A stretch of 64,000 nt of DNA from Chara braunii. Lineage: Eukaryota; Plantae; Charophyceae. Below, in pieces: positions 52,840 through 64,000 of the stretch. Below the pieces are notes generated by a model. That model ran no database searches. It was not told the DNA's origin and worked only from the letters and a program-made list of their open reading frames with translations. The stretch lies in NCBI GenBank assembly GCA_003427395.1, contig BFEA01000007.1, forward strand, positions 806,746-870,745, given 5' to 3'. The position numbers and the translations under genes are program-made. How positions within the stretch are numbered: position 1 is the stretch's first letter; each line of letters opens with the position of its first letter.

Positions 52840-53532
52840 TCCTACTTCAAGTAGCCCTGGAATGCAAGCGCAGGACCTCCGGGAATTCGGTCAGGGTGCC
52901 ATAAACTGCAAGGCTTCTGACGTGGCATGAAGAGCACCATCCTGATTTACAGCCAGCTTTTAGAGGCTTCCCCGTTGCTTCTGTCGTATAGTACCCCTAA
53001 CCTTCCATGGGCTTCGCAGCACACGCCCCCAAGGCAGTCCTATAAGTAGTAGATGAGCAACTGCAAATGAACTCAATGCGTGAGGCATTACTTTCACAGC
53101 GAAGACATTGAGTACATGGCATCCGACAATGTCGCGATCATCCCTCTGCAGTCGTATAAGTAGTAGAGAAAGACTGTGTTTCAGCCAGAAAACACCCACC
53201 AGACAAATGGTCTGCAACAGCAAGAAGACAAACACCATGCACACGTCTGGCACTTGAGGCCCAACAATGGCCGCCAAGTGACAGCCCTGGCTAGTGCTAT
53301 TTTAAAACCTAACTGCTCAACCGTCCCACGGATCTAGCGAAGTTGTGTCATACATGCATTTGCCATTCAGCTGCCCAACATCCCAAAAGGGAGTACCTGC
53401 CCAAGGCCCTGCATTTGCAACGGCGGCATGTCAGCACATCACACGTGTGGTAGTGAGTATGCCTTTTTCTTTTCAATCAAAGAAACAGACCCGTGGGTCT
53501 CGCTCCTATTCTGGCGAGCTTCAGTCGGTTCC

Positions 53533-55115
53533 TTTTTTTCTTTCTTTTTTTTTTCCCTTTTTTGTTAAAGAAACAGGACCTTATGGTCCCGGCTCCATGT
53601 CCGTTCTGGGGAGCGTCAGTCCGGTTCCTATTCCACCCCGGCAAGTCAAAATAACATGATATAACATAGAGCCACTCACGCATCCCTCTGTCCGGCCGAA
53701 GGATCCCTGACCAGCATTGATTGCTCCCAAGCAGGGAGGATTAACTGTCAGCTTGCCCTAAAATGTATTCCTCTCCTCTGAGGCCCTGTCAAATCTTCTA
53801 GCCATAACAATAATCACATGATGGGAGCTCTTCTAAGCCTTCTGCTTTGCCTCCTGTGATGATCTGGTCTTCCTTCCCAGGGTCTGACACTGTTGAGATG
53901 ACCGTTTGGATGATGTTGTTGGTCTCTGCCTCAGTTGAAATGATGTTTGAAGTTTATTTCACTTAGCGACCTGCACAAATGGTGTAACGACTGCCCCGCT
54001 GTCTCCAACATGGGCTCAGTGAAATTGAATTCTCCGTGAAGATGCGGATTACCAGCGGCTAGACGGTAACACCCCGTGCATATGCATGTTCATCTTCGGT
54101 TTCTGCTGCTGAGGTGAGGTCTCATTTTAGATCCGCTCCCATTTCTTCCATCTGAGTGAGTCCCCTTCTATCCTGACAATCTTGCTGTGTAGCAGCCATC
54201 TTCTGATAAAGGACTCCCTGTCGACCACCCTCTTGTCCGGTCTCTTTTTCACTGACTGTTCGGCTGAGATCCATCTGCAGCGGATTGCCGTTTCCACCAT
54301 AGCTATCAGCTGGGCCCAAGATTCTTCTTTCGCAGTGACTTCCCCATCAATGGTGTACGCACATCTGGGCTTCCAGATAGTCCACAGTGTAATTTTCCAG
54401 AGTAGTAGGAACCAGTTCTTCTTGCCGCCATGCAGGGAGGAGGGAATGTTGATGGATAAGAGGATGGTGGTCAGGGACGTCGAGGGCGGTGGGGCATCGA
54501 AGAGGGATAGCCATAGTTTCTTAATTCTTTCCCAGAACCAGATGGAGTCAAGGCATGAGATCAGGCAGTGAATGATGCCTTCCGATGAGTTAGTGGTGCA
54601 CATGACACATTTGTCAAAGCTATTGGGATCTGAGTGTTTGCGTTTCTCATGGAGCCACTGATTCACCAGTAGGGCGGTGTATGCCAGGAGCCATTGAAGG
54701 CTGCAGATCTGCACTGGTCTCAAGCCTAAGTATTGTTTCCAGGGGATCTGTGTATCCTCGTCAGTGTTCAAAATGCGCTTCCATCTTTTGTTTATTTCAG
54801 GTGACGGGTCAGTGATACTGAGCCCCAAGCGGCATCCAAATCTAGCCGTGTATTCCTTCAAGGGAGTCGTGGTTTTCACTGCGGTCTGTTCCCATCCCCA
54901 CTCATTGGGGCCGAAGCTCAGAGATGTCCTGATCTGGATGGAAAATCCACCAGGGTTTATCCTTAGACACCTGTACCTTTCGTAGCAAGAAGGCTTCTAG
55001 GGTCATTATCTCTCGATCGATGTTAAAAATTTATGGGCCTTGATATGTGTGTTATTGCGTATGGGGAAAGAGACAAATCTGGCTCGTAGGCTGTTAAACT
55101 TAGACGTTAGCCTTC
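53533..55115 (-). mobile_element. LINE 3' fragment (ORF2 C-terminus with zf-RVT, 3' UTR, A-rich tail), interrupted by element D
   Basis: ORF 54127-54879 CVMC...IIHCLISC...FW, LWTIWKPRC; T-rich tail 53533-53563. Confidence 0.88.
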
Positions 55116-56402
55116 TGCGAGGCACAATGCCTCTATAAGCCCCACTGGGCCCTATTTGCAACAGCGTCCGCCGCCCTAAAGTGAAGGCAGGCCCGACAGA
55201 CCCTCAGTGGCTTATTTTGGACTACTTTGCAACTGGGAAAATTCAGGCAGTTGCGCTGCGCCAGTTGGTTGGAAGCGCCCAGGCCCTGGCTTCCTTTATC
55301 AAATGCATCTGAGTCAGGCCCTGGGCGAGAATCGTAACATAGGCCCAACTCAGGTTGCGGGCAGTTGGGCACAGGTAACTGTCGGCAGCCCTGGGCCAAT
55401 TCTTTTGGACTGGGCCTCAGCCTACTGGGGCCTACCGGAAGCGTCTTGGGAAAGGCCCAGCGAAGCCTGGGACAGAAGGCAGGCAGGCCACTTCCATATA
55501 ACAAAGGGCCTGCCTCCGCATTGGACATTCGGGTGCTGGCTGCATGCTGTGCTGAAGCTGGCTAGCGCTCACGCGCTCACGGGCGAGCTGGAAGGAGCAG
55601 GCAGCCATAGCCGAGCTGCGCTGCTGGGAGCTGGGTGAGGCGCAGGGTGGTCCTTGGGTGCAAGTGGCAACTGTGTGTTGGGGAACGGAGTTGTGAGTGA
55701 TACGAGAGACATACCTGGTGCTAGAAGCGACGGCATTGTCCGAGATCTGCTCGTACTTCGGTGAAGCTGTTGACGTCATAGGATCTGCCATCTGTAGTCT
55801 GGGCGCCGAGCGTCAGATACGATATCAACATTGGTTCTTCGTTGATGATGCTCCAGCATTGTCAATTATGAGCTCTTGGTGTGTTCTTATTTGGTGAAAC
55901 TCGTGATGCAATTCTGCTGTTGGTTCGAGGTCACGACTATCTGGTCTTGTGTATGATGCTGTTTGATTTCTGAAGTTCGCTATCGCTCATCTTCCTTGCA
56001 ATGTGGTATCGGAGCTGTGGTACGTTGCGCTCATCTGGCGCTTGTCTTCCGCCTATGTGGTACATACATGTGGTCTGCTTGGTGAGTGAGGCCGTAGGTG
56101 GTGTGTAGTGAGGACGGCGGAGACAAGGTGTGGCAACCCAGGAGGAGAGGGGAATCGCCATGAAGGCTACGGTATGTATATGGGGTGTTCGCAGTGTGAT
56201 GAGAACTATCTGGTGGTTGATTGATGCTGAGGTGGAACGGCGAGATAATGCTGGTTGTGCCAATGCAGTGACTGGTCATCGCAATCGCCATCAGGTCATC
56301 TGGTGAGAATATTTGTGGTTGGGGGCAGCTATAATGAGGTACGTTGCTCTTAACCTTACCTACCCTCTTCATCACTTCTTACCATGAGGTTGTGAGTTCC
56401 TT

Positions 56403-56494
56403 CTTGAGAGTCCTCTCATTGCGAGGTGTCATGTGCGCTCAACCTTGAGAGTCCTCTCATTGCGAGGTGTCATGTGCGCTCAACCTTGAGAGTC
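56403..56494. repeat. 41-bp tandem duplication in the leader of D
   Basis: CTTGAGAGTC microhomology at 56403, 56444, 56485; single copy in A and C. Confidence 0.9.
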
Positions 56495-57025
56495 GGCATT
56501 GTTCTTGTGGAGCATCTGGAAGGAGAGGGCGGTGCTTTCTGAAGGGCCCTGGACGGAGCACTGGGGCACGGTCACCATGCCAACCCACCGGGAGTAGAGC
56601 ATGCATGCTTTGCTGCTTTGTCCTTGTCTGCTTGCTGCGCTCATAGAAGGGTACTGAAGGGCAGGCCAGCCCTATGGGAGAGACGAGTACCGGGCGTCTA
56701 TAAATAAGAACCGGCTGGGGAAACCATTGGCTGTGATCGTCGTCCTGCTGTGACGTAAAATCATTCCTGATGACACTTGGGGGCGGTCGTTAAATTGCCT
56801 CTGGATCAGCCAATTGGTGTAAGGCTCTCTGCACGCGAGGATAAACACAGTGCAGGGCTGGCCAACTCAGCAGCTACTCGGGGCACAGGGGTGGGCCGTG
56901 TGCACACCTTTAGTCACGCACGCCGAACCGGATTGCTCAGGGACGCTGACGTCAAGTGACAATCAAGGGGAATTGGGGAAGGGTTAGATTCCAAGTGATA
57001 GGTTTGAGTAAGATCCCATGCTGTG

Positions 57026-57044
57026 AGATGTGTATAAGAGACAG
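57026..57044 (+). other. Nextera mosaic end with false 119-bp duplication (artefact)
   Basis: AGATGTGTATAAGAGACAG between identical copies 56907-57025 and 57045-57163; absent from element A. Confidence 0.95.
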
Positions 57045-57458
57045 CCTTTAGTCACGCACGCCGAACCGGATTGCTCAGGGACGCTGACGTCAAGTGACAA
57101 TCAAGGGGAATTGGGGAAGGGTTAGATTCCAAGTGATAGGTTTGAGTAAGATCCCATGCTGTGAACAGACCAAACAAACGATTCTATTTTTATTATTTGA
57201 TTAGTTGGATGTACAACCATTTAACATCTGACAGACAGCATTAGGTAGAACTGTTTTCTGTTCCTTGTGCTTTCTGTTTGCGGACTAATCGAAGCGAAAT
57301 AGTTTGCGTTTGTAGGAATCTCAACTTGTTGAACCTGAATGTCCAGTCTCTAACATACCCACCAATTATTTACTTATTTATTTTAAATTGGTCTATACAC
57401 TATGCTGTAGTAGGCATCTAGAGTGCACTAGTGCAGACTGTGTACAGTGCTGTAGCTT

Positions 57459-59418
57459 ATGAGCGACAGGGAGGACACTAGAGAGGACGACCGGATCTTG
57501 CGATCGGCTAGACGCCCGATTGCCCATTTGGCTTTAGGACCAGAGGGCGACAGATACCTGTTCCGCCAGCGTAGGGAGAGGNTGCAGCAGCAGAGGAGAG
57601 CTAGAGCATCAGAGGCTAGCAGGGCGTTTGTAAGCGAAGCCGCAGCTTCAGTAGCCATGGCCACTTCTGCGCAGCAGAGTTCCCAGGCCAGCAGTTCAGG
57701 GGCGGTAGGATCAACGGTCGCGCAGACCCAGAGTCAGTCCACTGGCTTAATGGCAAGCCCGCCCTTAGTGATGACTCCCGAGGAGGTCGCCATACAGCGA
57801 GCTGCTGATCGCGAGGCACAGCTACAGCAGGCATTGGGAGAGATTAAGGCTGAGAAAGAGAGAATGATTAGGAGAAGAGCCAGGATGTAGCGGAGGCAAG
57901 CGGACGTTAGTGAGTTAGAGGAGATGGACCCAACAAAGATGGGGGATGAAGTGAGGACCATACGGTCGGTCTTGTTGAGCGTAGTAGAGATGCAAGATCA
58001 CCAAATGCAGATCTTACAGGACATCCAACAGAGTCTGGCTGTGTTAGTCGGGAGAATGCAGGCGTCACCATCGCCGTCCGGGCCAGGTGCCTGGCCCGTT
58101 GCACATCCTCCTCCTTTTGTCCCACCGATGACTGGGATATCCCCATATACAGCCCCAGCATCGGTCCAGACCGTTTCCCTGGGCATGCCGTTATCAGGAG
58201 GGTTCTCACCAGGTCCTAGTTTGCAGGTTCGTGTACAGCCAGTGTATTCCCAACCTCCGTTGCAGATTGCAGTTACAACGCAACCTGCTATCTCGCAGCC
58301 TGTACAACCGTAGGGTACACAGGCCCTGCAGCCAGTGCAGCCACCTGCATCACAGGGTCCACAACCCTGTGGGATGCAGGGACCGGGACAAACTTAGTGG
58401 GTACCAAAGAAGGCCATCGCCGCTCCTAAACCCTTCACAGGGGATAAGAAGGGCGAAGACCTCGACACTTGGTTGAGGGCAGTGCTGGTATATGTCAAGT
58501 GTAAACTTACCTTGCCGCATGAGAAAGTGCTTGTGGCTGCATCCTACCTAGAGGGTAGTGCAGCAAGATGGTTGAGTGGTTTAGTGCAGTTACAGGGGTA
58601 CGGTCATGACTTCCGCGCTTGGGCAGCCCACCAGAAACTGGAGGGCTTTCTCAAGATGGTGGAAGACAGGTGGCATGATCCTCATGAGGCCCAAAAAGCC
58701 ACTGATGCGATTCTGACACTGCACACGAGGCAGTTCAAGTCAGTTAGGGAGGCCACTGACGCTGTAGAGCATCTGATCTTTGTCCCTAGACCCCCAGGTC
58801 TTACTCACCTCCTACCTGAGATGCTTCCCTATGCCTCTCAAGAATCAGTTGGCAGGTGAGGCCAACATCAATGTACACAACTTTCCTTCATTCAGCACGA
58901 AGGCCCTAGACCTTGAGGCAAAGATAGGGCATGGACATAATCCCACAACGGATGGTAGGAAGAAAACACTGCCTCCCAACTGGAAAGCGAAGGGTCGCAT
59001 CATGTTTGCCGATAACGATGGTTCAACCATCGAGTTAGACGACAACTTCCAGGAGGGAGTAGGTTTAGAGGCTGGCAGCGTAGAAGCTTCAGGGGGTGGA
59101 GTAGTCGTTGCCGTAGCACAAAAAGGTGAGGCGGTCAGTAGACGCCGTGGAGCTTCCCGGTCTAGGAGTCAAGTTGACCCCAATGCTCCTCCATGGGAGA
59201 AAGCGGGTCTCACTGAGGACGTGTGGAGAGATCGGTACACACGGCAGGCTTGTATCCGTTGTGGTCAATATGGCCATAACCAATTCAAGTGTCGAAATAA
59301 GAAGGTGACCGAGAAGATCCCGCCTACAATGGGGCAGGCGGTAGGATCCTCCGCTTCCGTTGGTAGCAATGTTGCCAACACTTCAGGCATTGCTCCGGGA
59401 AACACGTCGGGCCAGTAG
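57459..59418 (+). pseudogene. gag of element D (premature stops, frameshift)
   Basis: Colinear with gag of A; PKPFTGDK, AASYLEGSAARW, CIRCGQYGHNQFKC. Confidence 0.92.
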
Positions 59419-59474
59419 GAATAGTAGTTGTTCCTGCTAGGGTCGAGGTGGTGGACACACCCTCACCATCTCGA
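59397..59474 (+). promoter_or_regulatory. Programmed -1 ribosomal frameshift signal (gag/pol)
   Basis: G_GGA_AAC in gag frame; the -1 frame runs into the protease ORF; two downstream hairpins; conserved in A and C. Confidence 0.85.
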
Positions 59475-62400
59475 GAGATGGCCCAAGCNACTGACTCCAC
59501 CGTCGTCCCGCAAACACATTCAGACCCATCAACCCTCTGTTCGATGAATGTGTTTGAATCCTCAGAGGAGCTCGAGGAGGAGTGGTCTAGATCAGACCCG
59601 CTAGCTTTTTGGACGGCATTAGTCAAAGCCCCTAAGGGTGAGATGTTCGTCAACGAGGTGGTCATTGGCGGCCGCAAGGCCGGGGCCTATTATGACACTT
59701 GCTCGACTAGGAACTTCATCAGTCGTGCGTGCGTTGAGAGGCTGCGTTTACAAGGGCAAGTGCAACGCCTGAGCCGACCTGTGGAGTCGACCTGTGCCAA
59801 CAAACAGCACATGGTAGTTAATCACGACCTCCAAGATGTTGAGTGTTGTTTCCCGTACGCGGGAGGGGAACTGAGACATCGCGTCTCGTTCCTAGTGAAC
59901 GATGAACTCCCCATGGATATGTTGTTAGGTATGTACTACCTCTCTTTGGCACAACCCCAGTTTGACTGGGACCGAAAAGTGGTCAAACACACTTTGCCTG
60001 GTGGGGGGACCGCCAGATTACGTAAGTTCAAAGCTAGTAGTCTGATCGAGTCCCACGGATGCATGAGTGCGGCTGCGTTCTATAATTACTATAAGCAAAA
60101 TCAGTAGGAGGGTATGTATCTAGTATATGTCTTTGCTGCAGGCGAGCCGGTGAAAATGCCGCCGGAGATAGAGGGAGTAGTTGCTAAATACCCTGATCTA
60201 TTTGAAGAGCCGACAGGGGTTGTTGACAGGGAGGTTGTCCACGCGATAGAGATTATCCCGAGGTCTAGCATCGCAAAGGGTAGGATCTATCGGATGTCTC
60301 CAGGCGAGCTTGATGAGCTTCGCCGCCAACTCAAGGAACTCTTAGAAAAGGGTTGGATCCGGCCAAGTGTTTCTCCTTATGGTTCACCAGTCTTATTCGT
60401 ACCGAAGAAAAAGGAAGGAACACTTAGGATGTGCATTGACTATAGGGGCCTCAATGCCATCACTGTCAAGAACCGAGAACCCCTACCGTGCATCGATGAC
60501 TTGCTAGATAGAGTGCAAGGGTGTCGGTACTTCAGTAAGATAGATCTGAAGTCCGGGTACCATTAGACTGCAATCCAGCCTGAGGATCAACACAAAACCG
60601 CATTTCAGACCAGGTATGGTCTGTACGAGTTTGTGGTGATGCCTTTCGGCCTTTGCAATGCTTCTAGCAACTTTCAGCACGCTATGAATCAGATATTCCA
60701 TGACTACTTGGATAAGTTTGTCATCGTGTACCTCGATGACATACTTATTTTTAGTAAGACTGTCGAGGAGCACGTTGCGCATTTGGACAAAGTCCTTAGC
60801 CTTCTGCGATAGCACAAGTTCAAGATGAACAATGAGAAGTGCGAGTTTGGCCGCACCCGTGTCTTGTACTTGGGTCATGAGATTTCCGCGGAGGGATTGA
60901 AGCCCGATGACGCGAAGGTGGCCAGCATTCGTGACTGGCCGCGTCCTCAGTCTGTGACTGAGATGAGGTCTTTCTTAGGGATGACCGGCTACTATCGCAA
61001 TTTCGTGAAGAACTATAACATAGTTGCTGCTCCTTTGACTGACCTGACCCGCCTGACACCCCATGGGAGTGGACAGACAGGTGCAAGGCTGCTTTCAGAC
61101 ATCTTCAGCATGCGTTGACGCATCATGAGGTCTTGAAACTTCCTGATCCTGACAAGGCATTTGTAGTAACTATGTATGCTAGCCAATATGGCATAGGCGC
61201 CGTACTTGCACAACAGGAGGGGAAAAAGTTGAGGCCAGTAAAGTACATGTCCAAAAAGATGCCCTCTCAGAAGTTGGCTAAGTCCACCTATGAGAAGGAA
61301 CTCAAAGCGATCTACAAGGTGCTCACCCATTGGAGACACTATCTCCTTGGGAGGTTCTTCTACGTCAGGACTGATCACCAGCCCCTGAAGTGGATGAGAA
61401 CCCAGCCTGTGCTCTCTGACGCTTTGAAGCATTGGATTGAAGTCATAGAACAATATGACTTTGAGCCCCAGTACATCAAGGGCGAGTACAACAAGGTTGT
61501 TGATGCGCTGTCACGTAGACCAGATTTCTCTGGTGCGCTGATCACTGAGTTTGGGCTTACGGACGATGTTACTCAGTCTATGGTGGAAGCCTATCGCGAG
61601 GACCGGTTTATGTCTGAGATCATACGCAGACTTGAGGCGAAGGACAAGGTGACTTCTTCCAAGTTTGAGTTGGTCAACGGACTGCTGTTCCTTGAGAAGG
61701 AAGGGAATAAACGCCTGTGTGTACCGGATAGAGAGTCTTTGCGTAGTTTATTTTTAGGAGAGTGTCATGATGCACCAGCCATTTTGGTTTCAAGAAGACT
61801 GCAGCCAATTTGTTGCATCGGTTCTGGTGGCCCACGATGACGAGAGATGCCAAGCTGTACGTGGAGACTTGTCAGGTCTGTCAGAGAGACAAGCCCCGTG
61901 CATAGGCCCCTCTTGGGTTCCTGAAGCCCCTTCCGATTCCAGAAAGGCCTGGTGAGAGCCTGTCCATGGACTTCATGGATACGCTGGTCACCAGCAAGAG
62001 CGGAATGAGACATATCTTTGTTATCGTGGATAGGTTTAGTAAGTACGCTAGGTTAGTTGCAATGTCGGAGACATCGAAGACTGAGCAGGTGATTAAGCTG
62101 TTCAAAGAGAACTGGGTTAGAGATTTTGGATTGCCAAAATCTATAGTCAGTGACCGTGATGTGCGATTCACAAGTGAACTATAGAAAGCCGCAGCTGCAG
62201 AACAAGGAGTGCAGCTGCAGATGACATCAGGAAACCATCCCGAGGCGAATGGTCAAGCAGAACAGTTGAACCGCGCTGTACAGCACCTGCTGAGGCATTA
62301 CATCAAGCCAAATCAGGTAGACTGGGATGAGAAACTTGCTCTCATTGCCAGCATGTACAACAACGCAGTCCATAGCGCAACGGGCGTGAGCCCGAATAGT

Positions 62401-63089
62401 CTGCTATTAACCTTTAAGCCTAGACTGCCTCTCGATTTCTTACTACCTGACAACCAGCCCCCTGCTGCACCAGGGACTTTAAGAGTTTGCTTATCGATAT
62501 GAGCAACTGATGCAGCAGGCTGTTGAGCAGATGCACAAGGCACAGGCGGCAATGATAGAGTCTGAGAACAAACACCGCCGCCCATCCACGTTTCATGTAG
62601 GAGAGAGAGTCTGGGTCAAGTCTTCAGAACTGGGACAGGAGCACGGGATCTCCCGCAAGCTCATGCCACAGTACTTTGGACCATGCGAGATTTTGGATGT
62701 TGTTGGGAATGAACCAGATGGGCCATCTTATGTTGTTCGCATCCCTGGTCACTTACGCACTTACCCTGTTTTTCCCGCTTCAAAGCTTGCACCTTTTAAA
62801 GAAACAGATCAGTTTTCCATCTCGTCGCTCAATGCTGCCCCCAACCATGGATGGAGAGGTCGACATCGATCATATTGTTGACCACCGGGAGATGCCAGTT
62901 CCAAGACTAACAGGCAGAGGACGTCCTCCGAAACCGAAGCTGCAGTATCGAGTTCGGTTCAAACATCACACCGATCCAAAGGAGGACAGATGGTTCACAA
63001 GGGAGGAACTGATGCAGACTGCTCCACAGGTAGTCGCCCACTATGAGAAGTCTTTACGAAAAGGAAAGCGCCAGATTATCGAAGACTGA
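59397..63089 (+). pseudogene. pol of element D (PR-RT-RH-IN-chromodomain), disrupted
   Basis: [37 protein letters not shown], chromodomain at ~62850-63060. Confidence 0.95.
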
Positions 63090-64000
63090 ACTTCTCAGAG
63101 GACTAGCGAAGTATGGAGGAGGGAATGCAAGGCCCAAGGCCTCGGTAAGCCCCACTGGGCCCTATTTCCAACAGCGTCGGCCGCCCTAAGTGAAGGCAGG
63201 CCCGACAGACCCTCAGAGGCCTATTTTGGACTACTTTGCAACTGGGGAAATTCAGGCAGTTGCGCTGCGCCAGTTGGTTGGAAGCGCCCAGGCCCTGGCT
63301 TCCTTTATCAAATGCATCTGAGTCAGGCCCTGGGCGAGATTCGTAACATCGGCCCAACTCAGGTTGCGGGCAGTTGGGCACAGGTAACTGTCGGCAGCCC
63401 TGGGCCAATTCGTTTGGACTGGGCCTCAGCCTACCGGGGCCTACTGGAAGCTTCTTGGGAAAGGCCCAGCGCAGCCTGGGACAGAAGGCAGGCAGGCCAC
63501 TTCCATATAGCAAAGGGCCTACCTCCGCATTGGACATTCGGGTGCTGGCTGCATGCTGCGCAAGCGCTGCTGCGCTGAAGCTGGCTAGCGCTCACGCGCT
63601 CACGGGCGAGCTGGAAGGAGCAGGCAGCCATAGCCGAGCTGCACTGCTGGGAGCTGGGTGAAGCGCAGGGTGGTCCTTGGGTGCAAGTGGCAACTGTGTG
63701 TTGGGGAACGGGGTTGTGAGTGATACGAGAGACATACCTGGTGCTAGAAGGGACGGAATTGTCCGAGATCTGCTCGTACTTCGGTGAAGCTGTTGACGTC
63801 ATCCGGCGGCATTGTAGAGTAGGCTAGATAGGATCTGCCATCTGTAGTCTGGGGGCCGAGTGCCAGATAGGATATCAACATTGGTTCTTCATTGATGATG
63901 ATGATGAGACTATACCAGCATTGTCAATTATGAGCTCTTGGTGTGTTCTTATTCGGTGAAACTCGTGATGCAATTCTGCTGTTGGTTCGAGGTCACGGCT

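Larger units (their letters stand above)
55116..64000 (+). mobile_element. Ty3/gypsy chromovirus element D, near full length, decayed
   Basis: 5' LTR 55116-56000, PBS 56004-56017, gag 57459-59418, pol ~59397-63089, PPT 63115-63125, 3' LTR from 63126 running off the window. Confidence 0.96.

Noticed and set aside
56767-56800. Hammerhead ribozyme (CTGATGA in D, CTGAGGA in C)
   Set aside because: No GAAA after stem II; the GATGA/GAGGA bases instead covary as one arm of a hairpin

Overview
Eukaryotic, transposon-saturated scaffold segment with five N-gaps and two leftover Nextera mate-pair adapter sequences. No intact host gene, rRNA, CRISPR array or functional tRNA was found. The repeat mix suggests a green plant/streptophyte alga such as Chara (inference only). 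From 1 to 20.5 kb there is a cluster of L1/Tx1-type LINEs in alternating orientation, plus one complete tRNA-derived SINE with a 13-bp TSD. From 23.7 to 24.6 kb is a frameshifted, intronless remnant with three tandem RING-like domains. From 24.7 kb to the end are five decayed, partly nested Ty3/gypsy chromoviral LTR retrotransposons: related elements A, C and D, plus two distinct lineages, B and E. A MITE, a fold-back inversion and a LINE 3' fragment also lie there. The most notable signals are: (i) the hidden triple RING with an extra C-C-C-H cluster, possibly LTR-element cargo; (ii) degenerate Nudix-like domains at the C-terminus of two different LINE ORF1s; (iii) a G_GGA_AAC -1 frameshift signal with covarying tandem hairpins; (iv) a conserved structured leader in A/C/D with an internal TATA box and a candidate intron; (v) an AT-hook-like motif inside the integrase chromodomain; (vi) a CAG>TAG decay signature suggesting CHG methylation. 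All domain calls were made by eye and need HMM or structure confirmation.
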